A stretch of 64,000 nt of DNA from Marispirochaeta sp. Lineage in GTDB: Bacteria > Spirochaetota > Spirochaetia > JC444 > Marispirochaetaceae. The stretch lies in NCBI GenBank assembly GCA_963676835.2, contig CAXXFF010000003.1:320001-384000 (forward strand), written 5' to 3'. Positions within the stretch are counted from its first letter, which is position 1; the number at the start of each line of letters is the position of its first letter. Position numbers and translations under genes: made by a program. The notes under the pieces are model-generated. The model did no database searches. It was not told the origin of the DNA and saw only the letters and a program-made list of their open reading frames with translations. Below, one piece after another: positions 41,695 to 50,678 of this stretch.

Positions 41695-42131
41695 ACAGTT
41701 ATCTCTGTAAATCAGCTGAAGAAACAATCGATCTTGGCAAAAAGCTTGCAGGATCTTTTGAAAAAGGTACAATAATAAGCCTTGAAGGGGGGCTGGGAGC
41801 AGGAAAGACAACTCTGGCAAAGGGCATTATTACAGGCCTTGGTGTTACTGAAACCATAACAAGCCCCACCTACACTATTATCTCCGAATATATGGGAAAA
41901 TTTCCTGTATATCATATGGATCTTTACCGGGTAGAAGAGGAAGAAGAGCTGTATAACCTCGGCCTGGATGACTATTTTTACGGAGGCGGGATTTCTCTGG
42001 TTGAATGGATGGAACGTCTTCCTGAGCTTCCAGATCAATTTACGCGAATAGTTATAGAAGTGACGGAAGATCACAGCTCCCGCAAAATCAGCCTTGAAAA
42101 GGTTGATCAGAAAGCGAAGAGCACCAACTGA
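41691..42131 (+). CDS. tsaE: t6A biosynthesis ATPase TsaE
   Basis: GGLGAGKT, SPTYTI, HMDLYR and LVEW. Confidence 0.93.
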   Translation: MNSYLCKSAEETIDLGKKLAGSFEKGTIISLEGGLGAGKTTLAKGIITGLGVTETITSPTYTIISEYMGKFPVYHMDLYRVEEEEELYNLGLDDYFYGGGISLVEWMERLPELPDQFTRIVIEVTEDHSSRKISLEKVDQKAKSTN

Positions 42132-42808
42132 TGAATATCCTTGCCTTCGATACATCAACAGCAGTCCTTTCGGTTGCAGCACAAACCAGCAATGGAGATC
42201 GTTCATCCTCGATTGTCGACATGGGTCTTCGTCATGGTGAGCTGCTTGCTCCCGAAATTAACCGCATACTTGAAACTCTATCAATCAAAATTGCCGATCT
42301 TGATCTGATTATTTGTACCAGAGGACCGGGGTCATTTACCGGATTGCGTATAGGCATGGCAACTGCAAAGGGAATCTCCTCTGGTGCCGGAATTCCAATG
42401 ATATCAGTTAATCTGCCTGATGTTCTCTTTCAACCCTACAGCTTCTATGACGGCCCGGTAATACCTGTAATTGATGCGAAAAAGAACCGCTTTTATGGTG
42501 GCACCTTTATTAACGGAGCCTTATCTGGCGAATACTTTGATCTTGATGCAGAGACTGTCATCACAAATTTTGTAAAGGATAAACCCGCCCTCATTACCGG
42601 CCCTGATGCGGACCTTTTCAAATCCCGACTCCCCAACCCGGGGGCTAATTATTTCGCAGCATCCCCGCCGGTTTTGATATATAACCTTATTGCCATTGGA
42701 ATAAAAAAGTTTAACACCCGGGGAGCCGATGCTCCCGGGCAGGGCCCTCTGTATATTCGTAAAAGTGATGCAGAATTATCACTGGAGAGCCGCCATGGAA
42801 CTGGATAA
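42131..42808 (+). CDS. tsaB: t6A biosynthesis protein TsaB
   Basis: ILAFDTS, GPGSFTGLRIG, IDAKK and PLYIR. Confidence 0.93.
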   Translation: MNILAFDTSTAVLSVAAQTSNGDRSSSIVDMGLRHGELLAPEINRILETLSIKIADLDLIICTRGPGSFTGLRIGMATAKGISSGAGIPMISVNLPDVLFQPYSFYDGPVIPVIDAKKNRFYGGTFINGALSGEYFDLDAETVITNFVKDKPALITGPDADLFKSRLPNPGANYFAASPPVLIYNLIAIGIKKFNTRGADAPGQGPLYIRKSDAELSLESRHGTG

Positions 42809-43817
42809 ACATCTAATTTCACGATACAAAAAAAAATATTTCGGCAAAAACCTTATTCCACAATGTATCCTTGATAAAGAACTTAGAATAACCTGGTACA
42901 ATCAATCATTCCTGCAACTTTTTCATAAAAACAAAGATCTTAAAGGTGTCCATATCGCCTCATTTATACAAATTACCGGTAGTGATGACACCTCACTGTT
43001 CCACCAGCTTTCCGATGCTTCCCGTGGATACGCCTTCTGCGGCAGGGGTGAATCAAGATTTAAACATCATGCGGCCCTTTTTACCAATATACATATTCTT
43101 CCCATTGTCAACTATGAGAACAAATCCAGAGAAGTTATTGGATATGAAGCAAGTTTTTATAATGTAACAGAACAGAACAAACAGAATACCCGTGCAATTT
43201 TTTCAAGTCTCCTGCAGGCATCATTGATGAAAGACAATGATACAGGAAAGCATATTGAACGGGTCAACCGCTTTTCCGAACTCATAGCCCGACATTTATA
43301 TGAAACCTCTTCGTACGACCAGGTGAACCTTGATTTTGTTGAAAACATATCATTTCTTGCAGCCATGCACGATGTGGGAAAAATAGGTATCCCTGATGAC
43401 ATCCTGAATAAAACAGGTCCTCTTGACGGGTGGGAATGGGAGGTTATGAAAACCCATACACTGAATGGTGCCTACATCCTCGGCTCATACCCGGACCCCA
43501 TGGCGGTGGAGATAGCCCGCAGTCATCATGAACGCTGGGATGGATCCGGGTACCCCTACGGTTTGATGGAAAACATGATCCCCTTAAGTGCCCGTATAGT
43601 GAGTATTGCGGATGTCTACGATGCCCTCAGGGTAAAACGGTCATATAAAGAGCCTATGACCCACGAAAAAGCTTCTGAAATTATTCTATTGGGGAAGGGA
43701 ACCCAGTTTGATCCAGCCATGGTCAGTGTTTTCGAAAATCTGGCCGGGGAATTTGAAAATATTTTCAGTCAGATGGAAGATCCGGATCCGGTTCGTCCTT
43801 CCGGCCGGGAACATTAA
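42795..43817 (+). CDS. PAS-like + HD-GYP phosphodiesterase
   Basis: [30 protein letters not shown] and ADVYDAL. SD GGAG precedes the ATG at 42795. Confidence 0.88.
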   Translation: MELDKHLISRYKKKYFGKNLIPQCILDKELRITWYNQSFLQLFHKNKDLKGVHIASFIQITGSDDTSLFHQLSDASRGYAFCGRGESRFKHHAALFTNIHILPIVNYENKSREVIGYEASFYNVTEQNKQNTRAIFSSLLQASLMKDNDTGKHIERVNRFSELIARHLYETSSYDQVNLDFVENISFLAAMHDVGKIGIPDDILNKTGPLDGWEWEVMKTHTLNGAYILGSYPDPMAVEIARSHHERWDGSGYPYGLMENMIPLSARIVSIADVYDALRVKRSYKEPMTHEKASEIILLGKGTQFDPAMVSVFENLAGEFENIFSQMEDPDPVRPSGREH

Positions 43818-44031
43818 GCAGTCCTGCCAGTCCGCCTAAACTTGCGGGGGCTTTTGCGGCAGCCTGGTTTTCGTTCTGAATAGCCTGATATACTTCGTAG
43901 CGGTAGACTTTAACGCTCTGGGGTGCCATTATTCCAAGCTTTACATGTTCACCCTTCATTTCCAGAACGGAAATTTCAATGTCGTCACCAATAATTATCT
44001 TCTCGTTTAGTTTTCGACTGAGAATCAGCAT
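43765..44031 (-). CDS. csrA: Carbon storage regulator CsrA
   Basis: MLILSRK.NE.I.IGDDIEI, VKLGI.AP and VYR.EVY. Confidence 0.95.
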   Translation of the reverse strand: MLILSRKLNEKIIIGDDIEISVLEMKGEHVKLGIMAPQSVKVYRYEVYQAIQNENQAAAKAPASLGGLAGLLNVPGRKDEPDPDLPSD

Positions 44032-44486
44032 GCGGTATCACCTACCTGCTTCATCTCGTCAATTATCAGATGGCGGACGTGCCAGCGTTCATCATTTGAA
44101 ATTACCTGACGCCCTTCCCTTTTTTTGCGGTTTATTACCACAGGCCCCTGGAGGTTTGCTGTCATTCGTGACTGTTCTTCGGGAATAGTAACAATAACAA
44201 ATACCAGAAGATCCTCATCCTTGTCGGATTCCACTGCAAGAGCTTCAAGGTCTGAAGATGCGATACCAGGATTATAATCCGGCCTGAAAACATAGGGGCT
44301 TACAAGCACAAAGGCGATTTCACTGTCATCAAGAGACTGAAACCAATAGAAAGGAGGCTGTTCAGAATCAAGCAGTGCAAATCTGCTGTACCCGTCAAAC
44401 CCAAACAGACCTTTCTGCAGTGTTACAATCTGCCGTTCGCTTATCTCCATACTGCCGTATGCTTTTGTTTCAATCTGCATTGTCAC
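44025..44486 (-). CDS. fliW: Flagellar assembly factor FliW
   Basis: GLFGF, FYWFQS, PYVF.PDY and MTANLQGPVVIN. Confidence 0.93.
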   Translation of the reverse strand: MTMQIETKAYGSMEISERQIVTLQKGLFGFDGYSRFALLDSEQPPFYWFQSLDDSEIAFVLVSPYVFRPDYNPGIASSDLEALAVESDKDEDLLVFVIVTIPEEQSRMTANLQGPVVINRKKREGRQVISNDERWHVRHLIIDEMKQVGDTAC

Positions 44487-44513
44487 CTTTCTCCAACCGA
44501 AATTTTTCCTTAA

Positions 44514-45758
44514 TCAACGGAGAAAATCCATTAATGTAGGCTGCAGTATCCTGCCGGCAGTCTGCAGCGCTGCTTTGTGGGTATATTCAAGCATCTTCAG
44601 TTCCATGATTGCTTCAGCCATATCTATATCCGCAGCCAGAGACTGCTGTTCCTGGGTCTGGGGAATTTCACGGTTCAGGCGGTTCCAGACCACTTCCATA
44701 CGTTCATCAATTGATCCCAGCTTGGCGATTTCTTCAGTAAGATTGTTCTGAGCCAGTGTGATACCTTTAATCCCACGTCCGCTTATATCCAGGGTATCCC
44801 CTTTGTACAGACTGTCCCTCAGGGATATAACCATATCAAATACTGAACCTCCCGCCTGTCTGGCATCTTTATCGATATTAAACGGCGGTCTTCCATCACC
44901 GGAAACAATACCCAGGCTCTGCAGGACATTACCGCCCTGCTCATCTTCCAGTAGAATCTGATGAGGAACGGTACTGCGAATGTTGAGAGAGTTGGTAACC
45001 GGGTCAAGGTAGGCGTCTACCGCCGCATCCGAATCCATTATTTTTGCAATGACCCCGTGGATATTATCTCCCGCAGAGAGAGGTACCCGTATCCCGTCGA
45101 TAAGCAGTGCTGTATCCTCCGGAACGGTATATCCTGTACTGTCAACGGATGAAAAAATCTGATGCTGCTCTGCCCAGAAAAGTTTATTGCCGGTAAATCC
45201 GGTGGGAAGCATATTATCTTCAGATATTTCCACCAGGTTTTCTCTGTTTCCGCCGACATATTCCACCGAAGAGATCACCCTGCCGTTGATATCCGGTACC
45301 CGGCCTTCCAGAACCCGGAAAGGCTCTGTAAGGTTACGGTCTCCGCCGAAAATCCGGGTACCATCGGCACCGCTTGAGTTAGCCACAACCACCAGCTCTT
45401 TTAGAAGCTCATTGACCTCCTGGCCCATAAGCTTTTTGTCTTCTTTGGTGAATGTTCCGGTTGCTCCCTGAACAGCCAGTTCCCGCACCCGGTGGAGTAT
45501 CTGGTTGGCCTCGGTCATATATCCCTCGGCCACCCTCCGGGAGCTCTGCACATTCTCCACATTATCCTGAAAGCGGTTCAGCCTGGTAATACGGGACATA
45601 TAGCGGCTGGAATGAGCAGCGGCTACAGGATCGTCTCTCAGATTACCAATCCTGGTCTGTTCTGCCATATTATTCTGCAGCTCATTCATCATCTGCTGAC
45701 GTCGATAGGTATGATAAATCATGTCATTATTTGACTGATTGGTACTGACTCTATTCAT
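44514..45758 (-). CDS. flgL: Hook-associated protein 3 FlgL
   Basis: RVSTN, LRDDPVAA, ELAVQGA and ILQPTLMDFLR. Confidence 0.93.
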   Translation of the reverse strand: MNRVSTNQSNNDMIYHTYRRQQMMNELQNNMAEQTRIGNLRDDPVAAAHSSRYMSRITRLNRFQDNVENVQSSRRVAEGYMTEANQILHRVRELAVQGATGTFTKEDKKLMGQEVNELLKELVVVANSSGADGTRIFGGDRNLTEPFRVLEGRVPDINGRVISSVEYVGGNRENLVEISEDNMLPTGFTGNKLFWAEQHQIFSSVDSTGYTVPEDTALLIDGIRVPLSAGDNIHGVIAKIMDSDAAVDAYLDPVTNSLNIRSTVPHQILLEDEQGGNVLQSLGIVSGDGRPPFNIDKDARQAGGSVFDMVISLRDSLYKGDTLDISGRGIKGITLAQNNLTEEIAKLGSIDERMEVVWNRLNREIPQTQEQQSLAADIDMAEAIMELKMLEYTHKAALQTAGRILQPTLMDFLR

Positions 45759-45791
45759 TAATCAAGTCTCCTTTTTTAGCCATGTCACGCA

Positions 45792-47669
45792 CTAGACGCC
45801 AAGCCGGTTTATTATGGTATCCAGCATTGAGTTGAAGGTGCTGACAAACCGTGCCGCCGCGTTATATCCATGCTGAAACTTTATAAGCTGGGAGAACTCT
45901 TCATCTATATTTACTCCGGAAATAGCCTCTTTCATTCCTTCAAGTTCCTTCATTACCAGATTTTCTGTTTCAGCGGTCCGTTCCGCCTGCTCTCCCCTCA
46001 AACCGACATCGGCAATAGTTTCTGCAAAGAAATCATCGAAACTCATAAGATTTCCCAGCAGTACAGGCTTCGTCCTCAGCTGTGCTACAGAGAGGGCGGC
46101 ACTTCCGTCACCGGGATTGGCCGGTCTTCCATTTTCGCCAAACCCTGCGGCCAGACGGTTAACATCATTTTTAATGGCTGAATTGATCTCTATCCACCCC
46201 GAGGGATGAGCAACAGGCGCTACTGAATATGAATCACCGCCGCCGCGGAAAGCGCTTACTGCGTCTGCCTGTTCCCAGTCGTATGCACCATCTGCTCCGG
46301 CCTGCTGCAGGATGCCTGAGTATCCTGCAAGAAACTGTCCCGAATCTTCCACATGTCTCATAACAAAATCCGGATTGTTACGGTCCGAGGCAGGCAGAGC
46401 CTTGAGTGTCATATGCCCGTCCCTATTCAGTCGGGCAACAATTTCGGATCCGGAGCGGTTGATACGGTTAATCACATCCCCGACTGTGTCTGTGGGGTTA
46501 TAGTTTATCTCACGATTCCCATCAGGTCCTGACAGTGTAATAGTCCCGGCAAGTCCGATATGATCCTGAAGGTCGAGCTGGGTATTGCCGGTTACCCGGA
46601 AGATATATGAAGAATCGAATTCTCCATCTCCGTTTCTGTCATAGTTTCCGGCAACATCGGTAACAAAGGGCACTTCTTCAAAGAAGTTTTCTCCTTTTTC
46701 ACCGTTAAGGCCGTAAGCGGAAGTGTGAATCTCATTGACCAGGTCTATGTAGTTCATTGCGAGGACATCGAGTTTCTGGATTTCACCACGTATATCGCCA
46801 TCCCGCAGGTCGAGCAGGGATTTCAGTTTCCCCCCGGTAAAATGTGTCTCTTCTCCGTTATCTGCCCATACAACCGCAGAGTAGCCTTCATTCTGTGGAT
46901 CCGGTTCTATTCTCAAAGGATGAATTACCCGGCCCTGCATCAGATGCAGTCCCTGGGTGTGCACGGAAAATTCATCGGGATCACGGTTGTCCACGGTGAT
47001 ATTCATAATGCCGGAAAGCTCTTTTATAAGCAGATCCCGCCTGTCGAGGAGGTCGTTGGGGTTATCTCCAAGGGCTTCCACTTTTACAATTTCCTCATTG
47101 AGAGAACGCACGTCGTTGAGTATACCGTTAACCCTGCCGACGGTTACCTGGACATCATCGTCCACCATGGTGCGGAGCTCTTTCATACGGCTGTACTGCC
47201 GGTTTATACCGTTCATGAGGGTTTCCCCCCTCTGAACAACAGCTTGTCTTGCCGCGGCTTCCTGTGGGTGAATACTGAGCTCCTGCCATCCATCCCAGAA
47301 CTGATCCATAAGGGTTCGAACAGAAGATTCAGTAGGTTCGTTATAAATCTGCTCGAGCTGAAGCATGTAGTTGTCACGGGTATCCCAGTATCCACGTCCA
47401 TTAGCCCTGGCCACGATCTTACCTTCAAGCAGTTCGTCGTGCACCCGCTCAATTCTGGCTATATCAACACCCTGTCCGATTTGTCCCGGGGTATTTTCAC
47501 GGTTCAACTGGGGCATATAGAGAGGATCTGTGGGCTTAAAATGGACCCGCTGCCGTGAATACCCCTCAACAGAGGCGTTACTCAGGTTATGTCCTACAGT
47601 GGTCATTCCCTGGGTATTGGCAATGAGACTTCGTTTACCTATTTCTATTCCGGAAAATGTTGACTGCAT
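45792..47669 (-). CDS. flgK: Hook-associated protein 1 FlgK
   Basis: STFSGIEIGKRSL, GHNLSNA..EGYSRQ and SGVNIDEE...FQHGYNAAAR. Confidence 0.95.
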   Translation of the reverse strand: MQSTFSGIEIGKRSLIANTQGMTTVGHNLSNASVEGYSRQRVHFKPTDPLYMPQLNRENTPGQIGQGVDIARIERVHDELLEGKIVARANGRGYWDTRDNYMLQLEQIYNEPTESSVRTLMDQFWDGWQELSIHPQEAAARQAVVQRGETLMNGINRQYSRMKELRTMVDDDVQVTVGRVNGILNDVRSLNEEIVKVEALGDNPNDLLDRRDLLIKELSGIMNITVDNRDPDEFSVHTQGLHLMQGRVIHPLRIEPDPQNEGYSAVVWADNGEETHFTGGKLKSLLDLRDGDIRGEIQKLDVLAMNYIDLVNEIHTSAYGLNGEKGENFFEEVPFVTDVAGNYDRNGDGEFDSSYIFRVTGNTQLDLQDHIGLAGTITLSGPDGNREINYNPTDTVGDVINRINRSGSEIVARLNRDGHMTLKALPASDRNNPDFVMRHVEDSGQFLAGYSGILQQAGADGAYDWEQADAVSAFRGGGDSYSVAPVAHPSGWIEINSAIKNDVNRLAAGFGENGRPANPGDGSAALSVAQLRTKPVLLGNLMSFDDFFAETIADVGLRGEQAERTAETENLVMKELEGMKEAISGVNIDEEFSQLIKFQHGYNAAARFVSTFNSMLDTIINRLGV

Positions 47670-47681
47670 TATGCAGGCTCC

Positions 47682-48188
47682 TTACAGGTGCTGATTAACA
47701 ACCAGCGGTTCGGTATCGGCGGTTTTTTCAGTCCCCCGCCTTGAATAGAGTTTACCTTTACGATAGGGAAACAGTTCGTTCAGTACAGCCTGCATCGTTT
47801 CGCTGACGCTCCTGATATGGGAATCGAGGCTCCAGGTGAGGCCGCGTATTTTAACAGTAGCGAACTTCAGACTGCGGTAAAGCTCAGCGCATTCGGAGCG
47901 GAGATCTTCTTCCAGGCTTGATATGGCCTGATAAAAGGGAATTTCTTCCCCGGTGGAATTCCTTCCACAGAAAACCGCGTATAAGTCATTACGTTTCTTT
48001 TCAGTAGAATCTATCCAGTCTGCCAGGCGGTTCATCTCTTCTATGAGCTCGGAGAGATTCTCCCAGTTGCTGGTTTTCAGAGTTTCCTGCAGGATTTCCT
48101 CTTTTGCCCGAAACTCTTCAAGCAGGGTTATCTCCTGCTTCATTATTTCCATCAGGCTGTGGACTGTTCCGGTACTCTTCGGTGCCAT
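47682..48188 (-). CDS. flgN: Flagellar export chaperone FlgN-like
   Basis: Helical 168 aa protein directly upstream of flgK, with C-terminal LYSRRG. SD GAGGAG. Confidence 0.7.
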   Translation of the reverse strand: MAPKSTGTVHSLMEIMKQEITLLEEFRAKEEILQETLKTSNWENLSELIEEMNRLADWIDSTEKKRNDLYAVFCGRNSTGEEIPFYQAISSLEEDLRSECAELYRSLKFATVKIRGLTWSLDSHIRSVSETMQAVLNELFPYRKGKLYSRRGTEKTADTEPLVVNQHL

Positions 48189-48207
48189 AGATACTCCTCT
48201 ATCTCTA

Positions 48208-48235
48208 TAATCGGCCTGTTTTGAAGGTCAATTAA
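48208..48235 (-). promoter_or_regulatory. Sigma28 promoter of flgN-flgK-flgL-fliW-csrA
   Basis: Minus strand reads TTAA-N16-GCCGATTA. Confidence 0.75.
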
Positions 48236-48264
48236 CAGAAAAAGAAGAAGCAGAAGGGGAGAAA

Positions 48265-49677
48265 TTACTGTTTACGGATAATTTTAAGATCGTTTGTAAG
48301 CAGGCTGTTTCCGGGGATTTCTTCCAGAATATGGAGAATAAGCTGCTCTGCTTCAGCCTTCCGTCCCGCTTGATAGAGTTCTACAAAGCGGTTGTGAGCA
48401 GATGCCGCTGCATTATAGGTAAAGACTTCCAGAGCCCGTTTAAAGCGGGGATCACGGCTGTCTGCAGCATCACTGCCGCGAAGGTACTTCAGAGCCTGAA
48501 GATCACCCTCTTCCTGCTCCACTGTCTGGGCCTGACGTATATGCAGGATCACCCTGTACTGTTCAAGAACATCGTCTGCAATCATGCTGCGGGAATAAAG
48601 TTCTTCAAGTTTTTCCAGTGCCGTGAGGGGCAGCTCTTTTTCACTGATTTCATATATGAGACGTTCACCGACTATCTGGCGGTAGGAAGCAGCCCTCAGA
48701 GGTTCAAGATCGCCGTTCTGTTCCCTCTTACCTATCTCTTCAAGGATGGCCTGACTTCCAGCCTGACCCTTGAGACTGACTGCGGCATTATAGACCAGGG
48801 TATCGATTATGGCTTTATAATCAGCATGGGTACCCCAGCGGCTGCGGACAAGATCAAGAAACTCAAGGGCTTCCAGGTAGCGCCCCCTGCCGTTCATTAC
48901 CGAAGCGTAATTGATAAATTCCTTGCGCATCTCCATTGCCGAACGCTCTGTGCCGGCAAGAGCATGCCTGTCCACAGCCAGGGGTACCGTAAGATCTATC
49001 CGGTTTTCTTTCTGCAGCACAGATATGCGGTTCTGAAGTATCAGCCCGATAAGTTCCAGGCTATCGATGCTTGTCCTCAAACGATAGTTACCCGGAGGGA
49101 CATAGGTAAAACCGGTCTGGCCGAAGGCATTACTGAACTCCCGTTTCTGACCGGGGTTGTATCCATGGGGATTTGTAGTTTCCACATCAATCCCCTGATC
49201 AACAAAGGGGAGATGACAAAAAGCATGGTCCTGAGTTACCACCCCTTCAACCTGGAGACCCTGTGCAGAGGAGGCTATGAGATAGATTACCGCACTGGAA
49301 ACACAGTTATAGCGGCCGGTATCAATAAGAACATCTATTCTGGTCTGCGGTTCCAGATAGGCCTGAAAGAGGTTTTCATGGAGAAACAGCAGAACCCCTT
49401 CGCCTTTCGGTATATCCGCCGGCAAATCTTCCAGATACGCCGGCAGCGGCTTTAGAGAGTTTTCAATTTTCTGCAGGTATGCCCCTACAGCCCGTTCCGG
49501 AACCCCCGATGCGAATAAGGAAAGTTCTATGAGCTTATCAGTAGAAATGGAACCTGCCCGGGGGATCTCACTGGTCCATCGTGATGGTTCAATACCCGGG
49601 TAATCAGCAAACAAAGCAGCTGAGACCAGGAGAACATACAGCAGAACATATATAGCTTTTTCGACGAGCCTTCCCAT
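48265..49677 (-). CDS. Exported protein with transglutaminase-like domain and helical C-terminus
   Basis: Signal peptide; YNCVSS, DHAFC and DVETTN suggest a Cys-His-acid triad. ATG 49677 chosen from promoter position. Confidence 0.6.
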   Translation of the reverse strand: MGRLVEKAIYVLLYVLLVSAALFADYPGIEPSRWTSEIPRAGSISTDKLIELSLFASGVPERAVGAYLQKIENSLKPLPAYLEDLPADIPKGEGVLLFLHENLFQAYLEPQTRIDVLIDTGRYNCVSSAVIYLIASSAQGLQVEGVVTQDHAFCHLPFVDQGIDVETTNPHGYNPGQKREFSNAFGQTGFTYVPPGNYRLRTSIDSLELIGLILQNRISVLQKENRIDLTVPLAVDRHALAGTERSAMEMRKEFINYASVMNGRGRYLEALEFLDLVRSRWGTHADYKAIIDTLVYNAAVSLKGQAGSQAILEEIGKREQNGDLEPLRAASYRQIVGERLIYEISEKELPLTALEKLEELYSRSMIADDVLEQYRVILHIRQAQTVEQEEGDLQALKYLRGSDAADSRDPRFKRALEVFTYNAAASAHNRFVELYQAGRKAEAEQLILHILEEIPGNSLLTNDLKIIRKQ

Positions 49678-49713
49678 AGGGGAAATATTACGAGTATAAT
49701 TGCAGCTGTTCAA
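49678..49713 (-). promoter_or_regulatory. Sigma70-type promoter, probably leaderless
   Basis: Minus strand reads TTGAAC-N17-TAATAT-N7-ATG. Confidence 0.55.
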
Positions 49714-49748
49714 GCCGTTCGTCAGGCCTGATAACAAGGAGTAGTAAG

Positions 49749-50678
49749 ATGCAGCAGCGTGACCTGGTAATTATAGGAGCAGGAACAGCCGGTTTGAGTG
49801 CAGCCCAGCACGCCAGGGAAGCAGGGCTTGATACTCTGGTTATTGAGGAAATGGCCCCCGGGGGTCAGGCACTGACCATCAATGAGCTGCAGAATTTCCC
49901 GGGCTGCGGAGAAGGAACAACAGGAATTGAGTTTGCCATGGGCCTCGAAAAACAGACCAGAAGCTTCGGGGTAGAGTTTCTTAATTCCCCGGCGCTGTCC
50001 ATTGAAAAGCGGGGAGACAGATTTTTTATAAAGTCTCCCAAGGATGATATCGAAGCAGGTGCAGTTATTCTTGCAACCGGCTCAGCAAAGAACAAAGCAG
50101 AAATCCCCGGCGAAGCCGACCTGTCGGGTAAAGGCGTCTCCTACTGTGCAACCTGTGACGGCCCTTTTTTCAAGAATAAACGTATTCTCGTAATCGGTGG
50201 TGGAGACTCCGCCTGTGATGAAGCCATGTATTTGTCAAAACTGTCAAACAGGGTAAGCCTGGTTCACCGCGGGACAAAGCTGAGTGCCAGGGCAGCCCTT
50301 GCAGAGAAAGTTCTGAATAATCCCAATATAACAGTCAGGCTTGAAACAAGAGTGACAGCCATCCGGGGTGACAAAAAGGTTGACTCGGTGCTCCTGGACA
50401 ACAGCGACGGAGGGGAGACCCTTTCCGTTGACGGCGTGTTTATTTTCACCGGGAGTTCTCCCCGGAGTGAACTTGCTCCGGCAGAAGTCAGCAAAGACCA
50501 TAACGGAAGAGTTATTACCGATGAGATGATGCATTCAAGTCTTCCCGGTTTTTTTGCCGCAGGCGAAGTCCGCAATACGCCTTTCCGACAGCTGGTAGTC
50601 GCGGCGGGAGAGGGTGCTGTTGCCGCCCTGGGAGCTGCCAGATATCTCGCCGGGGTCAATGGAGATAACCAAGATTAA
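49749..50678 (+). CDS. trxB: Thioredoxin-disulfide reductase
   Basis: IIGAGTAG, GVSYCATCDG, GGGDSA and FAAGEV. Confidence 0.88.
   Translation: MQQRDLVIIGAGTAGLSAAQHAREAGLDTLVIEEMAPGGQALTINELQNFPGCGEGTTGIEFAMGLEKQTRSFGVEFLNSPALSIEKRGDRFFIKSPKDDIEAGAVILATGSAKNKAEIPGEADLSGKGVSYCATCDGPFFKNKRILVIGGGDSACDEAMYLSKLSNRVSLVHRGTKLSARAALAEKVLNNPNITVRLETRVTAIRGDKKVDSVLLDNSDGGETLSVDGVFIFTGSSPRSELAPAEVSKDHNGRVITDEMMHSSLPGFFAAGEVRNTPFRQLVVAAGEGAVAALGAARYLAGVNGDNQD

Noticed and set aside
46725..47558. 277-aa plus-strand ORF
   Set aside because: It is an antisense shadow of flgK.
48331..49455. 374-aa plus-strand ORF
   Set aside because: It is entirely antisense to a credible exported-protein gene and has no recognisable motifs, so it is a shadow ORF.
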